Shown piece by piece: positions 9,870 through 18,550 of a stretch of DNA of 64,000 nucleotides. Positions within the stretch are counted from its first letter, which is position 1. Each line of letters starts with the position of its first letter. The stretch covers positions 6,311-70,310 of the forward strand of contig NZ_CALUMA010000117.1 in NCBI RefSeq assembly GCF_944321625.1. Direction: 5' to 3'. Position numbers and translations under genes: made by a program. Below the pieces are notes generated by a model, which saw only the letters and a program-made list of their open reading frames with translations, was not told the DNA's origin and made no database searches. Source of the stretch: an uncultured Slackia sp. (GTDB lineage Bacteria; Actinomycetota; Coriobacteriia; Coriobacteriales; Eggerthellaceae).

Positions 9870-11838
9870 CGCACGCCTCCTCCCCGTCGACCGATTCCGC
9901 ACCGCGCATCGGCTCCACGCCGCGCATCCTGTCGACCAGGCGGGCGAACGCGCCACCCGCTGCGGCCAATTCCTGCGGCGCGCCTTGCTCGACGATGCGG
10001 CCGTTTTCCACAACCAGCACCCAATTCATGTTCGCCATCCAATGCAAACGATGCGTGGCGAAAAACACCAGGCGCCCTTCCATCAAGGGCAGCATGCGCT
10101 CCTTGAGCTCCATCTCGGTTTCCACATCCAGATGCGCGGTGGGCTCGTCGAACAACAGGATACGACGCGAAGGGTCGAGCAGCGCACGGGCGAGCGCGAT
10201 GCGCTGGGCCTGGCCGCCCGACACCGCGCGACCGCCTTCGCCAATCAAGGTGTCCAGCCCCTGCGGAAGCGAATCGATGAATTCTTGCAGACCCATGGCG
10301 CAGACCGCCGCCTGAATCTCTTCCTCGGAAGCATCGGGACGGTAGAACGTCATGTTCTCGCGCACGGTGGCATGGAAGATGTATGGGTCTTGCGGGATAT
10401 AGGTCGCCTGGCCGCGCCAGCGTTCGCTGCAAAGCGACGAGACAAGGGCGCTCGACGCGGCTGTATTTGGCGGCGTTCCATTTAGCATCTTGACGGTCGA
10501 AGTCCCCGTTTCGGGCGTCATCACGCTCGGGCACTTCGCATCTGCCCCGCAAGCCTCGCGCTCAACGCCATTGAGCACCGTTATGACGCCCTCAGTCGGT
10601 TGGGCGAAGCCCGCGAGCAGGCGCAGCAGCGTGCTTTTGCCCGAGCCGGAAAGCCCCACAATGCCCACCTTCATGCATCCGTGCACGTCAAACGTGATGC
10701 CGGAGAGCGAAGGGGCATCGGCGCCAGGATACGCATAGCCCACGCCGCGCACGGCCAACGTGGACCCCTCGCCCCACGGCTCAACCGCAGGCGCCTCGTC
10801 ATGCAGGGCGTTCGTGGGAGACTCGTCTCGCACCGTCACCAAAGGTTCTTCCGCAACGGAAGCAGCAGAGGCGGAGCTCTTCGTCTCCATCTCCTCATTC
10901 AGACCGGTAACCTCCAGCACATCGGCCAGGGCGTTCTTGCCATCGAGCGAGGCATGATAATCGGCGGCGAACTCACGCACAGGGCGGAAATACTCCGGCG
11001 TGAGAATGAGCACGAACATGGCCGGGAACAGCATGACTGAGCCATCTACCAGGCGAAATCCCAACATGATGGCAACGGCAGCCAGCGAAAGCGTGGCGAA
11101 CACGTCCAGCACCGCACCCGAAAGCGTGGCCACGCGCAGCGTCTTCATCGTGATCTCGCGGAAGCGCTCGCTCGTGACGAACACGTCGCGCCCGCGTGCC
11201 TTGGAGCGGCCGAAGAACTTGAGCGTGTCCAGCCCGCGCAGCGAATCGACGAAATGGTTGGACAGCACGCCGAACTCGCGGTAGCGGCGCGCGGCCTCGT
11301 TTTTGGCCGTGTAGCCCAGCATGACCATGTACAGGATGATGAACGGGAACACCACGAGGGCGATGATGCCGGAAACCCAGTCCAGCGGGAAGATCCACAG
11401 CAGCAGAACGAGCGGCACCACGATCACGTTGGTGAGTTTGGGCATCATGAGGCGCAAATAGGTTTCCACCTGGTCGATACCCTCCAGCGCGAGCGAGCAC
11501 AGGTTGCCCGTGCCGCGTTGCGCCGTGAGCTCGGTGCCGCGCGAGAATAGCGTGCGCAGCAGACGGTCGCGCAGCTCGTCGGCGCGGGCGGCGGCGAATT
11601 TCTCCAGGTAAGCGTCCTGCCCCCAGGTCACGCCCTGACGGCCGATGAAGCACACGAGAAATCCGATAACGAATGGGGCCTGGTCGGGCACGGGAGCTCC
11701 GCCCCACAAGTTAGTAAACGCCGATGCCAGCGAGAACGCCTGCCCCACCGTGAGTAGGGCGCGGGCAAGCGAGAACGCAATGAGCACGGCGATGGCGCGG
11801 CGCGCGCCAGGCAGTTGGAATATCGCCTTGTCAAACAT
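9862..11838 (-). CDS. cydD: thiol-reductant ABC exporter subunit CydD (TMD+NBD)
   Basis: Walker A GLSGSGKST, signature VSGGQAQRIALARAL, Walker B LLFDEPTAHLD. First gene of the pair. Confidence 0.8.
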   Translation of the reverse strand: MFDKAIFQLPGARRAIAVLIAFSLARALLTVGQAFSLASAFTNLWGGAPVPDQAPFVIGFLVCFIGRQGVTWGQDAYLEKFAAARADELRDRLLRTLFSRGTELTAQRGTGNLCSLALEGIDQVETYLRLMMPKLTNVIVVPLVLLLWIFPLDWVSGIIALVVFPFIILYMVMLGYTAKNEAARRYREFGVLSNHFVDSLRGLDTLKFFGRSKARGRDVFVTSERFREITMKTLRVATLSGAVLDVFATLSLAAVAIMLGFRLVDGSVMLFPAMFVLILTPEYFRPVREFAADYHASLDGKNALADVLEVTGLNEEMETKSSASAASVAEEPLVTVRDESPTNALHDEAPAVEPWGEGSTLAVRGVGYAYPGADAPSLSGITFDVHGCMKVGIVGLSGSGKSTLLRLLAGFAQPTEGVITVLNGVEREACGADAKCPSVMTPETGTSTVKMLNGTPPNTAASSALVSSLCSERWRGQATYIPQDPYIFHATVRENMTFYRPDASEEEIQAAVCAMGLQEFIDSLPQGLDTLIGEGGRAVSGGQAQRIALARALLDPSRRILLFDEPTAHLDVETEMELKERMLPLMEGRLVFFATHRLHWMANMNWVLVVENGRIVEQGAPQELAAAGGAFARLVDRMRGVEPMRGAESVDGEEACDE

Positions 11839-11982
11839 GCGCTCTCCTCATCTTTTGTGCCAAATGCCGCGCGTCATAACGCTCCTGCAAGTCTAGCACA
11901 GCTGCCTCGCCATAAAGCTTATATGTTAGTAGATTTGTATCATTTTAGTGAGTTTGCCCTCTCGCGAGCGCATACGCAAACA

Positions 11983-12019
11983 GGGCACGCCGCGGAACTG
12001 AACGCAGCGTGCCCTTTTC
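11983..12019. terminator. hairpin between YdbT-like stop and cydD start
   Basis: GGGCACGC-n16-GCGTGCCC followed by TTTTC on the plus strand and TGTTTG on the minus strand. Confidence 0.4.
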
Positions 12020-12096
12020 TATTCACTTCTATTCATCTAATCAAATCGAATCAAACCGTTTGATTAGAAGGCGATTGATGCCGTGGAGGATTGGCG

Positions 12097-14427
12097 TTAT
12101 TGGGCGGCGTCGGCAACGCTCGCAACGCCGGTTTGCTCTGCAGACACCACTTGTGCACGCCCCCCGCGCGGACGCACCCATTCCATCCAGGCGTCGGCGT
12201 CCTCTTCGCGCAGATCCCACAGCGTCTCAGTGGTACCGCCCACGCCCGCCGCGGTGCGCACGCTCACGCTGGCCACGTGTGCCATGCGCTGGAACGGATT
12301 CGTGCGCAGGTAGGCGAACTGGATCTTCTTGCGCGGCGTATACGTGGTGGTCACGGCCAAACCGCCGTTGGTCATGCTCATGAAGTTGCGGTCATAGCCA
12401 AGGCCGCTGCGGCGGTGCCACAGGATGGCGTTGATCACGTTCGCCACGAACGCCAGCACGAAGATGGCGTAGTACGCGAACATCAGGTAGCGCACGACCG
12501 TCAGCAGCGCCAGCGATTCGGCATCCAGCGGCACCAGCGTGATGGTGAACTCCATGCCCACCTGGCACAGCGCCACGAACACCGCAAACCAGAACGCCGC
12601 GCTGCGGATGATGCCCATGCGCACGATAGCGCGACGCTTGGCAACAGGCGCCGGTTTGAGCGTTTCGGCAGGCATATCGGCAAATTCCGGCAGCACGCCC
12701 TGAATGATTTCGGGCACACGGCTCAACTTGACGAACGGGTGGATGATCACGCCCTTCGTCAACTGCTGCTGAGAGCCATCGGCAGAGCTTGCCTCTACGA
12801 CGCTATCAATCTTAAGCACCGAGAGCTCGCAATAGCCCATGAGCCGACGGATAAAGCTCTGCTTGACCACCACGGATTGCACGCGGTCGACGTCCACACC
12901 GTGGAAGCTGCGCGAGATGAGACCCGACTCCACCTCCACGCGCCCCTCGCGGCGGCGCAGGCGGAAACCGCCGTAGCGCACCACGGAGCCAAGGGCGGCC
13001 AGCAGCCACAGCGCGGCGATAGCGAGCAATGCCCACAGGATGATCTGCACGGCCGCGCCGCTGATCAACGAGCTCGCGGCATTGGGATCCACCAAATCGA
13101 AGGTGGCGCCGCTTTCGGCAAGCGTGCCTCCCTCGACGGCAGATACGATGAAGTCCTCAGTGGCCCGCTCGATGAGGCCTTGGAAAAGCTGCGCCACCGA
13201 GCCCACTGCGGCGACGATACCCACGAAAATCAGGCCCAAGCCCTCGCCCGCGCCGGATGCGCCGGCCAGCAAGAGCTCCTTGTTGGACAGGCCGGTTTCG
13301 TATTGCACCTGGCCGGTATCCACCTCGGCGCCGCCAAACACGCCGCGCACGTCCTGCAGCACTTCGTCGGCCACGTCGAGCACATTGGTCTCGTCTTCGG
13401 CAAGGCCCGTCGCGCCAACGCCATTCGCGCCGGACACAACGACGCCCGTCGCGGCCGCAGCGCCGAACCCCGCCTGAGCCCCCGCGGGCACGGCCGTTTG
13501 ACCCGCAACCCCGACAGCACCCGACAGCACATATCCGAACGCGGTCTGCTGCATGCTCTGGGGATACATCCCCATGCTGGCAATCGCCCATGCGGAATAG
13601 CAGGGGACGCCGTTCACCACAGCAGTGCCGTCTTCGCTCACGGAGCCGCCCGCAAGCAGCGCCTTCTTGCGGCGGAACAGCTCGGCGCGCAAGGCCTCGG
13701 CCTCTGACGTGCGCATATAGGTCAGACGCACGCCTTCATTCGCAGCGCCGCCCGCCGTGTCTACCTTCACGTCGCACACGCCCACGATGCGCTGGAACAA
13801 GCCGGCGTTCTGGTTCACGGCCTGCACGCGCTGGTAGGGAACGTGCATGCGCTTCTTGCTGATGATGCCGGAATTCAGCGTGAATTCGTCAGGCCCCAAC
13901 TCGTAGGTGAGGTTCTTCCACGAGAGCCACTGAATGAGGAAGATGAGGCCCACAATGAGCACGATGAACAGCACGATGCCGCCTATGACGAAAGGCAGAA
14001 TCATGCCGAACGCGGCGGCGTCTGCGGCGTCGGACGCCTCGGAATCGGCGAAGGTTCCGACCAGATTGCCGAAGCCCGCCACCGCAATGGCAACGATGGT
14101 GGCAAGCGCCGCACGGATGCCACCGAGCCAGATATAGGTGTGATGCACATGATGCTTGCCGGGGCGCAGCGTTTCCGGCACCGATTCACGCGGGTCGGCG
14201 TAGAGTGCGCCAGGGACGGGAACACCGGGAGCCGGCATACCCGGCGTAGGCTGCGGGGCGGAAGCACCCGGAATTGCTTCGGCTGGAATCGGAGCGCCTG
14301 TCGCCTGCCCGTATCCTTGCGGCGCAGGCTGCGCGTACCCCTGGGGCGCAGGCTGCGGCGTCATACCCGCCTGCACCTGCGGAATCTCACCGCCTTGCGG
14401 CGGCACTTGATTGATGAACTCACTCAT
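12097..14427 (-). CDS. YdbT-like membrane protein with repeated bacterial PH (bPH_2) domains
   Basis: 776 aa with a Pro/Gln-rich N-terminus and TM hairpins alternating with PH-like modules. Immediately downstream of a YdbS-like gene, as in the Bacillus ydbST arrangement. Confidence 0.7.
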   Translation of the reverse strand: MSEFINQVPPQGGEIPQVQAGMTPQPAPQGYAQPAPQGYGQATGAPIPAEAIPGASAPQPTPGMPAPGVPVPGALYADPRESVPETLRPGKHHVHHTYIWLGGIRAALATIVAIAVAGFGNLVGTFADSEASDAADAAAFGMILPFVIGGIVLFIVLIVGLIFLIQWLSWKNLTYELGPDEFTLNSGIISKKRMHVPYQRVQAVNQNAGLFQRIVGVCDVKVDTAGGAANEGVRLTYMRTSEAEALRAELFRRKKALLAGGSVSEDGTAVVNGVPCYSAWAIASMGMYPQSMQQTAFGYVLSGAVGVAGQTAVPAGAQAGFGAAAATGVVVSGANGVGATGLAEDETNVLDVADEVLQDVRGVFGGAEVDTGQVQYETGLSNKELLLAGASGAGEGLGLIFVGIVAAVGSVAQLFQGLIERATEDFIVSAVEGGTLAESGATFDLVDPNAASSLISGAAVQIILWALLAIAALWLLAALGSVVRYGGFRLRRREGRVEVESGLISRSFHGVDVDRVQSVVVKQSFIRRLMGYCELSVLKIDSVVEASSADGSQQQLTKGVIIHPFVKLSRVPEIIQGVLPEFADMPAETLKPAPVAKRRAIVRMGIIRSAAFWFAVFVALCQVGMEFTITLVPLDAESLALLTVVRYLMFAYYAIFVLAFVANVINAILWHRRSGLGYDRNFMSMTNGGLAVTTTYTPRKKIQFAYLRTNPFQRMAHVASVSVRTAAGVGGTTETLWDLREEDADAWMEWVRPRGGRAQVVSAEQTGVASVADAAQ

Positions 14428-14430
14428 GGC

Positions 14431-14925
14431 CTACACGTCCTCTTGCGCCAGACGGGCCTGTTCGGCAATGCGATCGCGCAGCTCGTCGGCCTCTTCGAAC
14501 GCCAGGCCAGGAATCTCATGCTCGCCGGCGGCGGTGGCTACGGTCACGCTCGCCAGCCCGAAGGCACGCAGGATGGGGCCCTGCTTGGTGTCGGTGTTCT
14601 GCACGCGCACAAACGGGATGATGAAGCGCTTGCGCCACACGATGCCGCGCGCGATGTCGAGCTCGTCCTCGCCCACCTCATAGCGCCAGCGCATCCAGCG
14701 GATGGGCGGCAGGATGATCAGCCAAATAATGAGGCACACCACCCAGATGGCGGTAAGCACGCCGGTCACGATCCAGGCCCACCAAGCTTCTTCGGGCGCC
14801 GCCAGCGCCACGATGGGCCACGCGATAACGCAGCACAGATATATGATGGTCAGCGAGATGGCATCGCTGATGCGCCAAACGTTTTTGATCTTGGGATCGA
14901 GCTGGTTCTTTGGGATGGGACGCAT
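14431..14925 (-). CDS. YdbS-like PH domain-containing membrane protein
   Basis: 164 aa with two N-terminal TM helices followed by a bPH_2-like domain (RYEVGEDELDIARGIVWRKRFIIPFVRVQNTD). Its stop lies 3 nt before the YdbT-like start. Confidence 0.75.
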   Translation of the reverse strand: MRPIPKNQLDPKIKNVWRISDAISLTIIYLCCVIAWPIVALAAPEEAWWAWIVTGVLTAIWVVCLIIWLIILPPIRWMRWRYEVGEDELDIARGIVWRKRFIIPFVRVQNTDTKQGPILRAFGLASVTVATAAGEHEIPGLAFEEADELRDRIAEQARLAQEDV

Positions 14926-15283
14926 ACTAACAACTCCTCACGTCCACTCGATGGGCCTCTTCTGCCGCGCTGAGTTAGGCCAGTCCACGCTTCAGATTCA
15001 TGCCCAAGCGCCACGCGGGCGCTACGGCGTGCGACTGCGACCGCGCAACCGGCTTCAACCAAAGTTTAAGCGGCAGAACGCAACCAGTATACCGTGACGA
15101 CCCCTCCCCGATGGCAAGTGCGAACCCATGCACGTATACAGCTTGTCAACATTTCGGCAAATAAGAGCGACAAGGGAGCATCTGTGCCTCGTCTGAAACG
15201 GCAAGATTCGTTCTGGCCACGTCATGCCCCCATCGGCCATACATCTCGATTCCGGACATTTTGAGGCTCAAACAGACATTTTT

Positions 15284-15326
15284 GTCCCGATTTAGGACAT
15301 CGTCCGGACATGTCCTAAATCGGGAC
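15284..15326. repeat. 17-bp perfect inverted repeat, 9-nt loop
   Basis: GTCCCGATTTAGGACAT / ATGTCCTAAATCGGGAC in the divergent region between the YdbS-like gene and 15536(+). Confidence 0.9.
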
Positions 15327-15535
15327 CGCAATGTCCACGAATGCGCACAATACAGAATCGAATCCCCTTTGCGCAAAATAGGTTTGCACTCGCATGGCAA
15401 AGGCGGTGCAGTATCATTCGGAAAAGAACGATGACGACGCGAGGCAGGCAAACCGCGAATCGATACCACGCCTCGCCACTTCGCCGTCTTGTCGTCCGAC
15501 ATAGAGAACAGTTGCCTCGAGATGGAAGGTTCGCC

Positions 15536-16465
15536 ATGGCATCGGTGCCAAACGATAGCCTCACAAGCGATCGCTCGACTGCAAAAGAACCGTTCGCCAA
15601 GCCCGACATCACCGCAGGTGAATGGGTTAAATCCATCATCCTTCGCGCGGGCCTGCCGGCTGCCATCGTCGCGCTGTGCGTGGGCATTTCGCTGGTCAAT
15701 CCCGCAACCGGCAGCGGCCTCAGCCATATCGCGCCGCTCATGCACGCTATCCTCACGGCAAGCCCCGCCCTGCCCATCGCGGCAGGAGCGTTTATCGTTG
15801 TCGAAGCGCTGCTTGCCGTGGAGCAGCAATGGAACGACGCGACCGCCGAATCGCACGGATGCCTTCACCCCATCGCGAAGCTCGTCCTGTACGCAGGTCT
15901 GGCGGCATGCATCGGGCTTGTACTGTACGCAATCGCGATGGCGCAGATGAAGTACGACGCGCTGGAAGCGACCGCCTTACAAGCGACAAGCGGATTCGCC
16001 ATGCCTACTATCTGGACGTTCGTCATTCAGGTCACGCTGCAAACGGCGTTCTACGTCATTGTTGCCGCGGTGGTGCTTTTCGTTGTCATCGAACTTCTCG
16101 TGGGCGGCGACACAGGCGGCGCTGGCGGAGGCGGCGGCTATGGCGGCGGGGCTGTCGGCGGCGGATCGAGCAGCTTCGGAGGCGGCTCGAAGGCCAAGAC
16201 CGTCAACGACCGCTATGGGCGCAAACTTGTCGAGCTTGATGACGGAGGCTTTTTCAGTCAGCCAACGGTGCGCGACCGCCATGGCGCCAAGATCGGCACT
16301 GCCCGCGAAAGCTTCGACGGCAGCACCCACGTGCGCATCGGTGACGACGAATACCAGGTGCGCGACGCGCTGTTCAGCGACGACAAGATCGTCTCGAAGG
16401 ACGGCGAAGAGGTGGGCCGCATCCGCGAAAGCGGCTGGGGCGACGACCGCTTCCATAAGAGTTAA
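15536..16465 (+). CDS. hypothetical membrane protein with poly-Gly segment
   Basis: Start at MASVPND (ATG 15536, weak GGAAGG RBS). Several TM helices, then GGDTGGAGGGGGYGGGAVGGGSSSFGGGS, then a soluble C-terminal domain. I recognise no family. Confidence 0.5.
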   Translation: MASVPNDSLTSDRSTAKEPFAKPDITAGEWVKSIILRAGLPAAIVALCVGISLVNPATGSGLSHIAPLMHAILTASPALPIAAGAFIVVEALLAVEQQWNDATAESHGCLHPIAKLVLYAGLAACIGLVLYAIAMAQMKYDALEATALQATSGFAMPTIWTFVIQVTLQTAFYVIVAAVVLFVVIELLVGGDTGGAGGGGGYGGGAVGGGSSSFGGGSKAKTVNDRYGRKLVELDDGGFFSQPTVRDRHGAKIGTARESFDGSTHVRIGDDEYQVRDALFSDDKIVSKDGEEVGRIRESGWGDDRFHKS

Positions 16466-16525
16466 AGAGCCAACTTCTAAGCATATTTGCAGTATGCAGA
16501 AGCGCCGACGCATTAATTCGCAATA

Positions 16526-16578
16526 CATGCAAATAAGATGAACACGTTCATACTGATTACGTTCATCTTATTTGCATG
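16526..16578. repeat. 18-bp perfect inverted repeat, 17-nt loop
   Basis: CATGCAAATAAGATGAAC / GTTCATCTTATTTGCATG between 16465 and the ATP-grasp gene. Confidence 0.9.
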
Positions 16579-16800
16579 TGCCCTGATCGCGGATCCGAAG
16601 GATTTGCCTCGCGCTGTCTCCATATTCCCCACGCATAATTCGCCAAGCGTTTACGAACGCGGTATAATCGCGCGGTTGTTCAGGCGTTTTGTAAGCGGAA
16701 CGCTCGCGCCCCGAAAAGCCGCCGCGCCTCTGCTTTCGCCTTGCGCCCAGGTGCAACGGCCAAAACAAACGCCCCAAGGAAACCGAAGGAGCACACTCCT

Positions 16801-18084
16801 ATGAATTACAACTTCGACGCCACGCCCGCCGCCCAGGCGCAGCAGGATTTCGTGCCGCTGCTCATCGGCGCGGATATGAACGCTTACTCCGTCGCGCGCG
16901 CCCTGCACGAGCAGTACGGCGTGGTGAGCCACGCACTCGGGCGCTTCGCCGCCGGCGACACCAAGTACAGCCGCATCGTGCAGGTTGCCCTCGAGCCCAA
17001 TCTGGAGGATCTGGACACGCTGCTGGCGCGCATCAACGAGTTCGCCGCCGCCAACGCCGACAAAAAGGTGCTGGTCTGGGGCTGCACCGACGGCTATGCC
17101 GCCATGCTTATGGAGCTGCGCGACAAGCTGCCCGCCAACTGCCGCACGCTCTACATCGACGCCGAACTGCGCGACAAGCTGGAGGCCAAGGACAGCTTCT
17201 ATCAGATGTGCGACCAGTACGGCATCCCCTACCCCACCACGCAGGTGGTTACGCCGCAGCAGTTCGCCGACGGCATGACCGAGGCCGACCTCGCCGCCGG
17301 CAAGCTGGGCTTCGAGTACCCCATCATCGTGAAGCCCGCCATGAGCGAGGAGTACTGGCGCCACCCCTTCGACGGCATGAAGAAGGTGTATTCCGCCGAC
17401 ACGCCGGCCGAGGCGCTGCACATCCTGGGCCTGATCTTTGGCGCGGGCTACCCGATGAACATCATCCTGCAGGACACCGTGCCCGGCTCAGACGACAGCA
17501 TGCGCGTGCTCACCGCGTACTCCGACCGTAACGGCAAGGTGAAGATGATGTGCTTCGGCCGCGTGGGTCTGGAAGAGCACACCGCCACGGCGCTGGGCAA
17601 CCCGTGCGCCATCATCACCGAGCCCAACCCCGAGCTGCAGGCGCGCATCAAGGCGTGGCTCGAGGGGCTGCACTTCACCGGCTTCTCCAACTTCGACATC
17701 AAGTACGACAGCCGCGACGGCGGATACAAGGTGTTCGAAATCAACCTGCGCCAGGGCCGCTCGAACTTCTACATCACCGGCGGCGCGGGCATCAACATCG
17801 CGCGCTACGTGGTGGAAGACCGCATCTATGAGCGCAACCTGGGCGAATGCTACGAGAACGAGAACGAGGGCTTCTATCGCTCCGTGCCGCGCAAGGTGGT
17901 ACGCGAGTACGTGCAGGATCCCGAGTTCGTGCGCCGCGCCAACGAGCTCATCGCCAAGGGCAAGGACGCTGTGAGCTTCTACTACAGCCCCGATCTGCGC
18001 TTCAACCCCGTGCGCTGGGCCTACGTGAAGGTGCACATGTACCGCTACTTCGACAAGTTCAAGAACTCCGAGAACTATAAGTAG
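16801..18084 (+). CDS. ATP-grasp domain protein (carboxylate-amine ligase family)
   Basis: AAGGAG RBS before MNYNFDATP. YPIIVKPAMSEEY...FSNFDIKYDSRDGGYKVFEINLRQGRSNFY is typical of ATP-grasp (COG3919-like). Confidence 0.8.
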   Translation: MNYNFDATPAAQAQQDFVPLLIGADMNAYSVARALHEQYGVVSHALGRFAAGDTKYSRIVQVALEPNLEDLDTLLARINEFAAANADKKVLVWGCTDGYAAMLMELRDKLPANCRTLYIDAELRDKLEAKDSFYQMCDQYGIPYPTTQVVTPQQFADGMTEADLAAGKLGFEYPIIVKPAMSEEYWRHPFDGMKKVYSADTPAEALHILGLIFGAGYPMNIILQDTVPGSDDSMRVLTAYSDRNGKVKMMCFGRVGLEEHTATALGNPCAIITEPNPELQARIKAWLEGLHFTGFSNFDIKYDSRDGGYKVFEINLRQGRSNFYITGGAGINIARYVVEDRIYERNLGECYENENEGFYRSVPRKVVREYVQDPEFVRRANELIAKGKDAVSFYYSPDLRFNPVRWAYVKVHMYRYFDKFKNSENYK

Positions 18085-18192
18085 GCACCGGCTCAATCCC
18101 GCGATAACGGAGGAATGCCGGTAATGACAATATGGCGCCCATTGTGGCGCCATATTTTTGACTTACGTACTCTACGTACAAGCAATTGCAAG

Positions 18193-18396
18193 AAAAACGC
18201 CACTTTTCTCGAGTTGCGAACTCTTCTCATGTAAAAAAGCACCCGTTTCCAGGCGCCCGAAGAGCTGCTTGATTTCTAATCCTTTCCACCTGCCACGTTT
18301 CCCCAGGTCGTACTATTGCAACCGTGACCCCGCCCTGTGATAAAGTCCCGTGAATGATGTACGGGAAGTTCGCAACTCGAGAAAAGTGGCGTTTTT
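18193..18396. repeat. perfect 30-bp inverted repeats flanking 144 bp (MITE-like)
   Basis: AAAAACGCCACTTTTCTCGAGTTGCGAACT (18193-18222) and its exact reverse complement (18367-18396). Confidence 0.9.
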
Positions 18397-18440
18397 GCCA
18401 TAAATTCGTGTACACAGCGTCCAAGAGAGAGCCCGCGCAT

Positions 18441-18462
18441 AAAAAACCGCCCACTTGGGCGG
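18441..18462 (-). terminator. rho-independent terminator downstream of asnB
   Basis: Minus strand reads CCGCCC-AAGT-GGGCGG followed by TTTTTT. Confidence 0.7.
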
Positions 18463-18550
18463 CGTCGGGAAGCTTGATTGAAGCGTCTCTTGGGGGTTAC
18501 GTCGGTTGTTGAGCCGACGTAACCAATTATTTCTCGTCAATAACAACCAA

